Positions 46,185-59,970 of a stretch of DNA of 64,000 bases are shown piece after piece; position 1 is the stretch's first letter, and each line of letters begins with the position of its first letter. The DNA is from Eledone cirrhosa. Taxonomy: Eukaryota. The notes beneath the pieces are model-generated. The model saw only the letters and a program-made list of their open reading frames with translations. It was not told the DNA's origin and did no database searches. The translations under genes were made by a program, and so were the position numbers. The stretch is taken from assembly GCA_964016885.1 (NCBI GenBank), contig OZ024746.1, positions 67,766,001 through 67,830,000 of the forward strand, in the 5' to 3' direction.

Positions 46185-46290
46185 AATTGTTTCTACTTTA
46201 GGCACAAGGCCAGCAATTAACCAGTGCATTACTGGTACTTTATTTTATCGGCCCCGTAAGGATGAAAGGCAAAGTCAACCTCGGCGGGAT
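46185..46290 (-). mobile_element. SINE fragment (same family as 3920-4100)
   Basis: Reverse complement of the SINE core and tail. Confidence 0.7.
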
Positions 46291-47792
46291 TGTAATTGAG
46301 GTAAATCATCTGAAACAAGAAAGAATTGCAAAGAAAGTACTGAACTCAAAATTGATATTTTCATTTTGAAAATTAACCAGATCATTTTATTAAATTATTT
46401 ATAATGTTAACAACAAAGATACAATAGTTTGTCCAACAAACAATAAATTATTAAAAAAAAAAAACAAAGCATCATTTCTATTCAACAATGTAGGTTATTT
46501 TTTTAACAAACCATATTTCTTAGAAATCTAAATGACACAAAAGATAACAAAACAAACTGTGACAAATGCTTGAAAAAGGCCTTCAAAGATATTATCACAT
46601 TTGAGAAGTCCACGTTAGTTTAGAATTAGTATATAAAAATAATAATAAAATATTTCAGGGAAAAACGTTTCCTCCATTTTCTATTTTGTCATGAAAAACA
46701 GGTTATTACAGTTGATTTTTTTTTGTCATCTTTTAATCATATTAACTTCTCCTGACCACAAAATGTTACCTTTGTTTTGCAAGTTTAAAACACTTCATTG
46801 AAGCCATCCTATTGTTCCTCAACCCAGGAAAAAATGTCACTACATATAGCATAATCTGAAATATTTCAGTACTTCTCTTATTTAATCTATTATGGTTTTA
46901 CCATCAATTAATATAAAGATTGTATTCAAGGAATGTTTAAAATTTACTACAAAGACTAATTCTATTTATGTAAGTTCTAATCTGCAAATGATATTATTAA
47001 TTAAACATAATTAAACACAGGCTGTTACAGTTAAATTGTGTTAATGAGCAGCTGAAGATGTTGTAAAGCAGATTATTATTTCTTTACATTCTATATGAAA
47101 TTATACTTCATGTGTTTATTTTCTGATTCAAAATTATACATCTTATGCTTCAAGATACAAATTACTTTGATTTGCACAAAGTTGCAATTTCTGTTACCAG
47201 ATATTCTTGTAATGAAGATAAGACACTTTGACATTTTTGCAGTCGTTTGTCATTCAACATACAAAATTGATTGGTTTCTTACATTGGCACACGACCATAA
47301 ATTGATTGAATTGATCCCAGTGCCTGACTGGTTCTCATTTTATGGACCCACAAAGGGATGAAAGACAAAGTCAGTTCAGGTGAGATTTGAACTCAGCATG
47401 TAAAGGGATGTTACTAAATACAATACCACACAAGGTATTTGATTTGTTTCTCTCACTCCACCATTCTTATTTCATATATATATATTTATTTGTTCAAAAC
47501 TGATTATTCACTCTGCCATTACTTAGTTTCTCACTGTGTGCAATCTTCAGGCAACAGAAAACTTTACCTGAAGAATCACGTGTGGCAAGAAACTTTGAGT
47601 AGTTGTGAAGTGAATTTTCAGCTTCAAACAAAAACACAAATACATAAACTCTACATGCATTGAGTACTCTTTCTCCCATTGTTTTACCCAAACATATATA
47701 TAATGATTGCCAGGTGGTTGAGGTAATTTCTCTGAAAGCTATGGTTTCTTTAAAGTAAGCAGCAAATAAAATATCCTTATTGAACTGGTAGC

Positions 47793-48680
47793 TCAGGGAT
47801 ATTCCAAAGACTTTATAGTCATCAAAAATGTGCGTAGTAAAGACGCCAGACATAAGGCTTGCCTCATTAGAAGCTGCACATGTGGGTCAGTGTTTGGTTT
47901 GCCAGCAGCAGTAAATACTGCCTGAAGAGTATTTTTGAAAGACTGTGCAAGACTACATAATTCTGATCCAAGATGTTGAGATTTTTGCACTGAATTCAAA
48001 GCAACCATAGTCGCATAAGCAAAGAAGAACACTTTTGTGAGAGAATGCATGCATGTACTTAAACTGTTCTGTAGCTTCTCTTTGGTGAGAGCTGCATTGA
48101 TTAGAAAAAACTTTGTATGGTTGATGAATTGCTTGGTTTGAAGATAAAGTTTTCTTTGAGATTCCTCAAAATCATTTTTATTTTTAATACTTTGTAGTTC
48201 ATTAAATTTTTCTAAATCTACTTGCATGTCATTTACAAGAGTTTCAATATCTTTTGATGCCACGGATAAGCTCACTTCTCCACTATAGACTCGACTCAGT
48301 AACTCAGATTTTGATTCAGAAAATTGATTTTCAGGAATGTTTTCTATTGAAGAAAGATCAGTTCCAGTTTGGAAATGAGTGTCACTTTCAAAATTCTGCA
48401 TTTTAAAAGAATCCCATATATGTTTAAATGTGGCATAATGATTCATCCGTGATGGATCCTCTAAATATTGGTTACCACACACAATTGGTTGCCACATATG
48501 TATAGAGCAGATAGGATTGTCTGAAAAATGTTTGCAATTTGCTTCAAATTTATTGGAAGAAGCATTTGTTGCTGTGTTTGCTTCCCTTAAAACTGATGGT
48601 TTTGTCGGTATTCCTGGAATATGCTGTAGGGCTTTCAATGGGCCTGGTTTACAGCTTGTTGTGCTTTGTTTCTGGGATTG
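47793..48680 (-). CDS. Terminal coding exon of a FERM and PDZ domain-containing (FRMPD4/FRMPD1-like) protein, encoding a C-terminal helical domain
   Basis: Acceptor tcttttgcag|CAATCC (phase 0), then 296 codons to TGA. The C-terminus TKQFINHTKFFLINAALTKEKL..SLSTCMHSL...AAGKPNTDPHVQLLMRQALCLASLLRTFLMTIKSLE resembles, from memory, the C-terminus of invertebrate FRMPD4-like proteins. Confidence 0.75.
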   Translation of the reverse strand, partial: QSQKQSTTSCKPGPLKALQHIPGIPTKPSVLREANTATNASSNKFEANCKHFSDNPICSIHMWQPIVCGNQYLEDPSRMNHYATFKHIWDSFKMQNFESDTHFQTGTDLSSIENIPENQFSESKSELLSRVYSGEVSLSVASKDIETLVNDMQVDLEKFNELQSIKNKNDFEESQRKLYLQTKQFINHTKFFLINAALTKEKLQNSLSTCMHSLTKVFFFAYATMVALNSVQKSQHLGSELCSLAQSFKNTLQAVFTAAGKPNTDPHVQLLMRQALCLASLLRTFLMTIKSLEYP

Positions 48681-49904
48681 CTGCAAAAGAAGAAAATAAC
48701 AAAATATTAATACAATATATAGTAAAATGAGAAATATTACTTTGGAATATTTTGCTTTGGAATGTTTCCATGGAATTTTGTTGTAGTTCAGAGAAGATAG
48801 TTCAGTTTGGTTTTGTGTTTCATACCATAGATAAGGATTAATGAGGAAAATAGTTTTTTAAATTCTATATGCCATGCTTCATTGGATGGAACTAGTTAAA
48901 GATTTGGCTTTGTTATGAGTTATATAAGTGATCATTTATACACTGTTCTCTTTTAAATCAAACTTTTAATTTGCGTGTGAAACTGAGTGACATAACAAGA
49001 ACTCTATGTGTGTCTGTAAGTGATATTCATAGTGTAAATTTTAAAGTGAAAAATGAAGTCAAGTTTGTGGTAATTTCTCAAAATTGATGAATATATAATA
49101 CTTTTATTCATAAAATCAATTTAAGATGCTCTAGTCTTCACATAACTCTATTTGCATCATAATGGCTACACTTCCTTTTCAGAGTCAGAAATCTTTTTAG
49201 CCTTGATAAAAATAAATCTCTTTACAATGTTTTAGAACATGACAGATTTGATTTTTAACATGTAATTTTATTGATTTAAATTTAATATTTTGCACAAATC
49301 TGTGTTAAGGTCTAAAAGTGTATAATTTATAAATCTTTGTAAAAAATTAGCAGTTGAGATATTTTATTAGGGTTAATCAGAAGCCAATGAGGGATCCTCT
49401 ATGCAATCACCGAACTTGCTAGAAACAGCAGCTAAATGTATCTTGAATCAGGCTTAATGTAGTTCTAAGTGTTCTACTTGAAAATAAATGTGGTGGTTAT
49501 GACTGGAACATCTTTGAATATAAATCTGCTTAATCAGACTTAACTCTGTGCTGAATTATAAAAACAATTTTGTACATCTCGTTCTTGTTTAGCTCCAGGT
49601 CAGTTCTGATGTAGGATATTGAAGCTATAGCCATCCAAACTTATAAGTTTATTTAACTGTAAAACATGTAGTTTTACAGCTAAATATACTTCATAGTGTC
49701 ATTTCTTTTGAGAAATCAGTTTGCTATGTTGTGTTTGAGTATAATGCAGTAGCAGAGTTTAAATGTCTTTCATTCAGTGTTCTTGTCCTTACAGATGATA
49801 AACCAGAGGTAGGAAAAGTATCAGTGTAATTTGAAATATAAACAGTATATGCCACACGCATGAACAAGTATGTTCAGTTTGAATACAATGTATGAGTTCA
49901 ACCG

Positions 49905-50180
49905 AAAGCACGTGTCTTTGTAGTTAGGGTATTCAGCTTACAATTGTAAGGTTGTGAGTTTGATTCCTGGCAGCATATTGTGTACTTGAGCAAGACACTT
50001 TAGTTCACTCAGCTGTCAAAAATGAGTTCTACCTGTAGTTCAAATGTCCAGCCATGTCACATTCTGTGTCACACTGAATCTCTCTAAAATCTATGTTAAG
50101 GATACATGTGTCTGTGGAATGCTCAACCACTTGCACGTTAATGGATCAACTGGAACACTCATCGTCATAACCGACGGAAT
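49905..50180 (+). mobile_element. tRNA-derived SINE
   Basis: tagttagggtattc...gagtttgattcc...ttgagcaagacacttt. Confidence 0.6.
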
Positions 50181-50494
50181 GCGTCAGTCGGTCAGTCATG
50201 ACTTCAACCATTCCACTACATGCGATATTCTCTATTATATAAGATATACATTTTTAGCCCAAGAAATCTGTCTACTTTCTATATATTGAAAATATAAATG
50301 TAGTAATAATTCTTTATATTTTTGTCAGAAGGCCAGCAATGTGGGGAAAGGGGAAAGTTGAGTATATTCACCCCAGTAATTGACTGGTACTTTATTTAGT
50401 TGACATTGGTGGAATTTGAAATAAGAACTCAAACAAATACTGCTATGCATTTTTCCAATATTCCAATGCCAAGACATAAAAGTGAAAAATATAA

Positions 50495-50672
50495 TAATTG
50501 TTTCTACTTTAGGCACAAGGCCAGCAATTACCCAGTGCATTACTGGTACTTTATTTTATCGACTCCGTAGGGATGAAAGGCAAAGTCAACCTCGGCGGGA
50601 TTTGAACTCAGATCGTAAAGGGACATAACTATGCTGGAAAGCATGGCGTCCAACCCTCTACCGATACTGCCA
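50495..50672 (-). mobile_element. tRNA-derived SINE (same family as 3920-4100)
   Basis: Near full-length reverse-complement copy, including ggatttgaactc (box B) and ctaccgatactgccaa (head). Confidence 0.8.
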
Positions 50673-50817
50673 ATATAATAATGATATGTATACTATACAT
50701 ATGTCGTGTAAAAGTGTAGCTTCATAGTTAAACAGGCATGCACAGTTTAGTTCAGTGATTGCCAAAGTGGGGATTTTGTATTTTTGAATTTTCTGTAAAC
50801 ACTTTACCTCATATAAT

Positions 50818-51982
50818 TATCATCATCACCGTTTTACATCCGTTCTTCCATGCTAGCATGGGTTAGACGGGTTGTCCTGTTGTGGGCAGTGTCTGGTCGG
50901 CTGACCATGCCTTGCTCATACAGGAACTGATTTTGGCTTGATATCTACAGCTGGATGCCCTTCCTAACACCAACCTCATTTACAGTAAGTGCTGGGTGCT
51001 TTTTTCCGTGACGCCTACACGTCCACTTTACAGTGTGGGCTGGGTGCTTTTTTGCCGTGGCACCTCCACGACCACCTTGCAGTGGGAGGGTGTGGGGGCA
51101 TATTGTCTATATGCTTCAGCTTGTACCCATGGGAGGTCGGGTACTCTGTATTACTGCGTGACGCCAGAGGTCACGGTTGTGTGTCATCGCCTTTGAGAGG
51201 TGTAATTGGGTACGGTCGGCTTTTATCATCTCATCCCAGGTCTTCTTGGGTCTCCCCCATCCGCAGTTTCCATTGACTTCTAGTGCTCTGCACCTTTTTA
51301 TGCAGCTGTCATCCTTCATATGCATCACATGTCCATACCAACGCAACCGCCTCTCCTGCACACAGCATTTGATTCCTCTTATGCTCAGTCTCTCTCTCTC
51401 AATTCATTTATGCTTTGTCGTTCGCGTATATTACTATTACACATCCATCGGAGAATGCAGGCTTTGTTTCTTTCTAATCTACATGTCTTCCACCTTCAGC
51501 GCCCAGATCTCACTACCATGTAACATTGCTGTTCGGATACACTCATCATACAGTCTGCCTTTCATTTTGAGGGAGAAGCCTTTTGCAGCTAGCAGTGGCA
51601 GTAGTTCCCTGAACTTCTTCCATCCCGTTCTTACCCTAGTTATTGTACTTTCTGAACACCCACCTCCACTGCTAATTCGGTCACCTAGGTAGCAGAAGCT
51701 GTCTACTGTTTCTACAGAGCCCTCCCAGAGATTGGTGGTACTTGTTTCCTCTGGCTGTTTGCTGTTGGCTGTCCCAGCACAGCTGCTGCATGTGAAGCCT
51801 ACATTCTTAATTAAGCTTCCTGAGATCCCGCTACATCTCTTGTGTACCCATTGTTTGCATTTGGGGCAGAGAATGGAGATCCTACCTACACCTTTCCTAC
51901 ATACTGAGCATGGCCATTTCCCTGAGGGGATCTGGGTTCTGTTTTCTCGTCTACTTATAAGGACCTTAGTCTTTGTCATGTT
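50818..51982 (-). mobile_element. RTE LINE, 5'-truncated
   Basis: ORFs 51479-51979 and 51116-51361 (WPCSVCRKGVG..CPKC..WVHKRC; RRLRWYGHVM; GRPKKTW), with a (GAT)n tail. Confidence 0.9.
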
Positions 51983-52511
51983 GAATTATCTCACATAATA
52001 TCAAATCTATGAGATTTTGATATTATTTATTGTGACAACAATACCTTACCATCAGTATAAGTGGCTGAGTTAAAGAATGCTCAATGAGTTTGATAGAAAA
52101 ATGTTTGCTTTTCACAAATGCTAGCATGGAAGAATGGACATAAAATGGTGATGATGATTGTAGATTTAAGCAAAGAAACTCTTTTTGAATTTTCTCAATT
52201 AGCAAATATGGATGAAATCCTTTTAACTTTTGTTCTTCCAAGTAATAAAACTATTACTTTTGAGACTATTGGATATTAGAAATGCACTATACAGTGGTAT
52301 TAGCCTATTGTGTAGATGGAACTAAATTATTTCCAATGTTAATATTTTAAAGGAAAACAATGCATAAAGAACATTTATTCAGTTGTATTTATGTTCATGT
52401 GTATGACCAGGGATGTGTAAAGAAGGAATACTTTTTGTTATAAAACCTTTTGGTCTAAACAAACATTAAGGGATTTATTAAAAATGCTTCTCTACTCATC
52501 TGGAATTCATT

Positions 52512-54526
52512 TAGAGACAATCAAAGATATGAAGACGGGTAAGGCGGCTGGGCCTTCGGAAATAGTTGCTGAGATGCTGAAGGCCTCTGGAACGGTGGGA
52601 CACACCATGGTCACCCGGATAGTAAACCAAGTCATACAGAATGGGATTGTTCCGAAGGACTGGCGTAGCAGCATCATCATTAACTGTTACAAGGGTAAAG
52701 GAGACGCCCTAGATAGGAGTAACTATAGAGGCATTAAATTAATCAACCAGGTCATGAAGGTCATGGAAAAAGTAATAGTGCAACTAATCAGAGAGAGAAT
52801 CGATCTAGATGAAATGCAGTTCGGGTTTGTGTCAGGCAAAAGTACCACAGACGCTCTTTTCATTGTACGACAACTACAGGAGAAGTACCTAGCTAAAAGT
52901 AAACCCCTATACTTAGCTTTTGTCGACTTGGAGAAAGCCTTTGACAGAGTCCCCCGTTCCATTATCTGGTGGGCTCTTAGAAAACTAGGTGTTGATGAAT
53001 GGCTTGTGAGAGCTATACAAGCCATGTATAAAGAAACAGTCAGCAAGGTTAGAATTAACAACGAATATAGTGAAGAGTTTAGCGTAAAAGTTGGTGTTCA
53101 TCAGGGCTCTGTTCTTAGCCCCCTACTATTTATTATTGCCCTACAGGCTACAACAGTGGAGTTCAAGACCGGCTGCCCATGGGAACTCCTATACGCAGAT
53201 GATCTAACGCTCATAGCTGAATCAATGGCCGAGCTAGAGAAGAAATTCCAAACATGGAAGCACGGCCTAGAATCAAAAGGCCTTAAAATTAACCTGGCTA
53301 AGACTAAAGTTCTAGTTTGTAGGAAAGAAAATAAGGCGCCGGTCCCTTCCGGGAAATGGCCATGCTCAGTGTGTAGGAAAGGCGTAGGTAGAAACTCCAT
53401 TTTATGTCCCAAATGCAAAGTATGGGTGCATAAAAGATGTAGTGGGATCACAGGTAAGCTAACTAAGAACATAGATTTTACATGTGGCCGGTGCTCTGGT
53501 GCAATAAGTAGCAGAAAGTGCCCAAAAAATACTAGCTCTTTCAATTGCACAGAGGGTTCTATAGAAATAGTGGACAGCTTCCGTTACCTGGGTGACAAAA
53601 TCAGCAGTGGGGGAGGGTGCTCTGAAAGTACAGTAGCTAGAGTCAGAACTGGATGGAAAAAGTTCAGAGAGCTTATACCACTATTAGCCGCTAAAGGGTT
53701 CTCCCTAAAAATGAAAGGCAGGCTGTATGACGCCTGCATACGAACAGCAATGTTGCATGGCAGTGAGACCTGGGCATTGTGTGCAGAGGATATACGCAGA
53801 CTAGAGAGGAACGAAGCTTGCATGCTCCGCTGGATGTGTAATAGTAATATACGCGAACGGCAAAGTATAAACGAACTAAGGGAAAAATTAGAAATAAGAG
53901 GGATCAGATGTTGTTTAGTCGAGAGAAGGCTACGTTGGTATGGTCACGTGATGCGCATGAAAGACGACAGCTGTATAAAAAAGTGCAGGGCAATAAAGAT
54001 AGACGGTAGCCACGGAGTAGGCAGACCCAGAAAAACCTGGGACGACCTGATAAATTCCGACCTCACACACTTACACCTCTTGAAGACAATGTCACTGGAC
54101 CGAGATCTTTGGCGGTACTCAGTAATAGAGAAGACCCGCCTTACCTGAAATACAAAGTAAAACCTACTACAGTCAGTAGGCATCTCTAACAAAACGCACC
54201 CCACGCTCCCCCCATCCACACCACCCCTTTCAATGTAAAGTTATGTTGGTGCCACAGCATCCAGGCCGAAACAAATGAGATCATGTAGGTGTCACGACAA
54301 AAAAACACACAGTCCACGCTGTAATGTGGCCGTATAGGCAACACGGTAAAAACCTCCCAGTCCCACACTGTAAATGTGGTTGGTGTTAGGAAGGGCATCC
54401 AGCTGTAGAAAACCCGCCAGACCGTCCTATGCGAGCAAGACAACCACTCTTGCCTCAAGTGGGAAAACTCCCGTCCAAACCCATGCAAGCGTAGAACCTG
54501 GACGTTAAACGATGATGATGATGATG
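52512..54526 (+). mobile_element. RTE LINE, 5'-truncated, with an uninterrupted RT ORF (52484-54148, 554 aa)
   Basis: RT motifs NYRGIKL, QFGF, FVDLEKAFDRV, GVHQGSVLSPLLF and YADDL; a Cys/His-rich finger; 3' UTR and (GAT)n tail. It lies in the host intron, antisense to the gene. Confidence 0.95.
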
Positions 54527-56857
54527 AATGAGATAGTGAATTAAAGACTATATTCATCTAACCCATGCCAGCATGGAAAAATGGACGTTAAACAGTGATG
54601 ATGATGATGATTGAGTGGATTAAGAACTTGAATACAACTTCTTGATATTACTGTTAATAAGGCCATAAAGACTTTCATGAGAGAATAAAGGAACAATTGT
54701 ATGCAGCAGGAACATTTTTCTGCAACTCCTCGTGGGTAAAAGAAAAAAAAACAGGGTTGGTTCATGTGTGCATGTGGCTGAAAAATTTGTAGAAAATTGT
54801 GTCTAATAGAAATTTCTTAAATTTTGCTATTTTTAGTACTTCATCGTTTGTGTTCTGTCTATGATAGTTTCAAATATCTTCTATATGCCCACATCTCTAA
54901 GACTTCTGATAATGTTAATATTTAGTTTACATGGTAACCATTTATAATATTTTTTTTTATGTAGCTTCAGTAGTTTTTGAGATACAAGAGTAGAAATTGA
55001 AGTAATAGATCAAGCAATCAAACAAAACAAAACATTGGCACCAAAGTTTTTCGAGTAGTAATATAGATATCATTTCCAGAGATCTTACTAGGGCAACCAT
55101 AACATTCTAGATGTCATGTATGAAACTTTTATTTATTCTGTGGTAAAATCTTAATTCAATTGTATGAGTGTAATCCACTAAATACACACCAATATTGATT
55201 TTAATTTAAAACAGAAAGCTATTCTACTTTAGTGCAGGAATGTTAATCTGCATTTTGAAATGTTAGCTTCGTTTAATTAGTCAGGCTTCTGACTCTGAGG
55301 GCATTGAAAACATGCTTATATCTGGTAAAGTAGCAGGTTTCTCTCAGAGGAAAACTATTGAAAATCTAATGATATGGTGCAGAAGCATAAATCACCCTAG
55401 CACATACTTTAAGACTATCAAGAAGTATAAATGTTGCATCTTAGGAATAAAAGTTTGATAATGTTTGACTAGAAAGTAAAAATAAAATTGTTTTAAGAAA
55501 ATAATTTTAAAATGGGATAAATATACATAAAATGTTAATGCTCATATGAATCAATAAAAAACATTTTAAGAAGCCATTTTGTTAAAATATATAAATCATG
55601 TAGTCCTTTTTTATTTTCAATTATCAGAGATACATTTTGTAGCTATCTCCTATACACAAGAGATATCAACATAGTTGATGTTCAGTTGGAATGGTTGCAG
55701 GTTGACACAAATGGAATCTCTATATTCCAGTAAATTGCAGTTCTGGAAATTTTACTGGTCATATGATTGGATTTATGGTAGGGGTCTTATTCTGAATGCA
55801 ATCAAGCATATTTGTTGCCCTGAATGAACAGACTTTATCAAAGGTGTTTCAACTATGACCTTCTCATCTTATTTTAAGATGAGCCCTCTAGAGTTGGTGA
55901 AACAAAATGCACCTTGTACACTCTGTAAAGAGATCAATGTTAGGAGGAGCATTTAGCCATAGAAACCACACTAAATATATAATATATGAGCAAGACAATT
56001 TCCTTTAATCTGTCATGGAAGGCAGTAATTCCATGTTTTAGTTAGATGAGTGATCACCTAGAGGCTACCATCTTGATTCAAGGATATATGAGCTGAACTC
56101 CAATGTCAATTCTCAAAGATCAACAATTGACCAGAGTTACTAGGCATAAAAAAGGAAAAAACTAGTATTTGTGATGTAGTTTTGGTAATGTTCCATACTG
56201 AGGTCAAGAGCAACAACATGTTTGCGTGACCTGCTTGAAATAGCAGACAAATCTCTAAACTCCGTCATACTATCTTGAAAAAAAGGACATTAGAACATTA
56301 GTCCATGATGTTTTTTTCCCACAAAATGTATTTTTATTGTTATGGCTCAAACCTGTGCAGGTTTCACTGGCTTCTTGTGAGATTGGCATAGCGTAAATAT
56401 TCTTGATCTTGAGTGGTGTAATAATAAAGCGCCAATCCTATCATGTCGCCATTTTACTAGTGGCAGGAATCAAGATTTGAAGCTAGAACACACAGAACTG
56501 GAACAGATACTCCAAGGTATCCCATTTGATGATGTAACTATTTAAGCAATCCTGGACTGGTATTTTATTTATCGAACTCGAAAGTTGAACTTGATGAGAT
56601 TTGAACTCAAAGCACAGAGCGTAAGCCATTTAATCTAACACACTAATGACTCTACCATTTAACTGCCTTGAAATTAAGTTGGGATGATCATGACTGAATT
56701 CCCTTTATTATAAGTTTGTTCAATTGGAGCTAACCTAAGGCTAAAAAATACATCTGAGATTGTGAGATGACAGAGTCATATTAATTGTGATGACTTTAAT
56801 TGTGTTAATGTGTCATGAGAATAGGAGGCAAGGTCGTAGAGATTGCCTTATATTATT

Positions 56858-56965
56858 GTCCCGCCGAGGTTCACTTTGCCTTTCATCCTTACGGGGTTGA
56901 TAAAATAAAGTACCAGTAATGAACTGGGATAATTGCTGGCCTTGTGCCAAAAAGTAGAAACAATT
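56858..56965 (+). mobile_element. SINE fragment (same family as 3920-4100)
   Basis: cccgccgaggttcactttgcctttcatccttacggggttgataaaataaagtaccagt. Confidence 0.7.
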
Positions 56966-57640
56966 ATTGTTGAAACAGAACCTGTTTTCATGACCTAATT
57001 GGAAAAGGTTTCCAAGGATTCTGTTGGTAAAATTGTCTGTTGTGTAGCTGAGACTTGTTTGCAGGAAAATGGATAAGGAGGAATGAAAGTTGGTAACATC
57101 AGTAGAGGTGTGTGTATATTGTTAGAAGTAACAGCAAGTGGATCGTTAATGGAAAGAAAAGTGTTGGATACAAACTTAGGGTACACAAGAGTTGATAGAA
57201 TGTTGATTAAAAGAGCCACATTAATGAATGTTCCAATGTAAGCATATGACAGGAAACCTCTAATCCAAAGAATCTGACAAATTAAGTCTTTGTAGAGTGA
57301 CTTGATTCAGGCTTTCTTGTTAGATGAAGGTGAGGATTTTGCTGAAGTCAATGAGAAATGTTGAAACTCTCTCCACTGAGAAAGGAGAGAGTTTCAAAGA
57401 AATATTGTTTAATTTGAAGTCTGTCCTAATTGAACAAACCTATGACAAAAGTATTCCAGCCATGGCCATTGTGTCCAGGTTATGTTTTCAGGCTTTGGAA
57501 AAAATATGTATATATTTGTTGTTCAGACATTTTTCAGCTTCTTATAGATAAGAGATTCCATACTGAAAAAAAGGGCCATGCAAGCATGGAAAAAGGGACG
57601 TAAAACAATGATGATGATGAAGTATATTGTTAATGCTTAC

Positions 57641-59074
57641 CTTATTTAATGTTGTCCTTGGACGAAGGGCCGAGTTTGATTGTGAAGAAATACCTTGCAT
57701 CATCAATGACTGTTTATGAATAACTTCAGACATAGCCTTGCTTTTATCAGAGCTATCAGATGTTGAATTGGAAGCACTTTTTCCCTTTCCTACATTATTT
57801 AAATGTTTACTTTCAAGACTAGAAGTTCTTTTCCAGCAGGTACTAGAATCGTGTCTAAAGAGTGTTAAAGAATTGGATCGCTGCAAATCCTTATTTTTAC
57901 ATGTATTAGATCTTGATTTCCTTTTTAAGAGTAAGTCACGATAAGCCTGCAGTTTTGTTTTGAGAGCAGTAAATGTTTCACTACTACTGCAAACTTGGGT
58001 ACAATGAATCTCTTCAGATGCTTGAGTAAAGTCTAATGATTTAGATTTACTAAGATACTGAGTAGATATGTTATCTTCAAGGAATGGCGATGAACTTCCA
58101 TTCAAAGACAAATCCCTAAATAAAGTTTGTGTTTTTGTTTCGTGGAATGATTTGTTATCACATTGAGAATTAAAATTTGGATCAGCATTTCTTTCCATAT
58201 CATCACAATAGTTACCATTTTTCAATGTTACTGCATCACTCTGACAACTTGATTGAGAGATACCAGAACTGTGGGATGTTTTGTAATGTTTTGGAATAAA
58301 ATTGTCCATACTTTTATTATCACAGCTAAAATTGGATCCTTCTTTGCTTTTAAATTTCTGCATGTTATCATCAATATTATCTTTTTCATTGATAGGTGTT
58401 TGGTAACAGACATTATCGTCTAGTGTGGTATCCTGCAAACTTTCAATGTCACTGCTACTATTCCTCAGCAAGCTCTTTAGTGATGCAGATTCTGAATAGC
58501 TTTGCATCATAGGAGAATTAGTTTTAGAAGAGGTGAGACCTGAATCTGGAAGTGTTGAGGTTTTTGTGAATGTTTGAGATCGTTGAACATTTGTTGGGGG
58601 TATCAAGTGAAAAAGAGTTTTTAGTTTTTCTGAAACAGAGGTAGGGGATTGAATATTTTCCCTGTAACAACCTTTTGATTCCTGTTTGCTTTCATCTTCT
58701 GATAATAAAGTTACAAGTGATTGACTTTCAACAGATTCTTTGGAACCAAACTTTTGAATACTCTGATCATCTTCAATTTCCTCAAAAAGCAAATCAATTG
58801 AGTTTGCCTTCATATACGAGGAAGATTTTCGGAATCGTGTTAATATAGGTGATGGGGATAATGCTGTGGAAGGTGTTGACTGAGGTTTTTCTAGTCGATG
58901 ACATGATTCTGAGGAAGATGAAGATGATGATAAGGGAGGTGGTGGTATTACTAGCAAGGAAATGTCCTCTTCTACAGATAGGTTGCCGCTGTCATGGCCA
59001 CCCTGACTCGTGTCGGAGTAACTGCCATCCCCTGACCAACCACTCCAACTGGGAGTCCTTGCTTGGGCAGCAGC
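57641..59074 (-). CDS. Large Ser-rich internal exon (478 codons) of the same FRMPD-like gene
   Basis: Acceptor tttgatag|GCTGCTGCC and donor AATAAG|gtaagc, both phase 0, and open throughout (AAAQARTPSW...LLVIPPPP...RTTLNK). It splices in frame to 48680. Confidence 0.8.
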
Positions 59075-59719
59075 CTATCAAATAGTAAAAAGAAAAACAG
59101 CAAGAATATATTAAATATGAAATTTCAATACTTTAATTAGGCATACAAACACACATAAACATAATTATATTCTTCCCATATATATACATATGTTTATGAA
59201 TATGGTCACTGGAATTCATACATTTAACTATTTTCTTGTTTTAATACAAATAGAAAAACAAATACAAAGTAAGCTATATCATTAACATAATATGCTGATG
59301 CTTTGCTGATAAGGCTGCAATATGACTGAAACATGACTGGAGTCCCCTCCCATACTTACCAAAACAATTTTCATAATATTAATATTGTTTATTCCTCAAC
59401 ACATAATTATTTCTTGTTCAGTTTTTAATCCTGCCTCCATTAAATATATTGACAATAACCTAACTGTATCATGAAAATATTAATGTAAAACATATACCTA
59501 GAAAATGTATATAATAAAACAAATACAGTGGGTGCATAAGTTTTCTTGGGCAAATGAAGAACATTTGAGAACCATAAAGGAAAGCAATGTAAAAAAACAA
59601 ACAAATGAATATTATATTATTCAGAAATATTGTGAGTAAATGATGTAAATCGAATGAGTAATTTTGTGATTTGGGGGTTAAATTACGCTGCCTCAAAATT
59701 AAAGAAAAAAAATCAGTCA

Positions 59720-59970
59720 TTCTGGAGGCTTTCCTCAGTGCTAATCTTGGTTTCATGGGGTGTTAAGCAACTGAATACAAAACATGGACAATGTGCCAGT
59801 CTATAACAAAGTTAAGCTTCAGCGGTTACTCAGTTTTTCCAGTTGAGGGGCTTGAAATAAAATGAAATAAAGTGCATTGCTCAAGGACAAAACATGTCCA
59901 CTCAATCTAGAAATTGAACCCACAGTCTTATTATCACAAATTCAACACCTTAACCACTAGGTCACATGTC
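59720..59970 (-). mobile_element. tRNA-derived SINE, degenerate (similar copy at 60480-60735)
   Basis: ttgctcaaggaca...attgaaccc...caccttaaccactag is the reverse complement of the SINE head. Confidence 0.55.

Noticed and set aside
48517-54765. Antisense ORFs overlapping the exon and the LINEs
   Set aside because: They are shadows of real coding frames on the opposite strand.
56990-57430. Degenerate RT-like remnant (similar traces at 62245-62470 and 63580-63660)
   Set aside because: Only faint PLE RT-like words are visible; too decayed to call with support.
57542-57640. C-terminal tail of ORF 57542-58957 (VSINNILHHHH...)
   Set aside because: It lies past the gtaagc donor and reads through an RTE 3'-tail fragment, so it is intronic.
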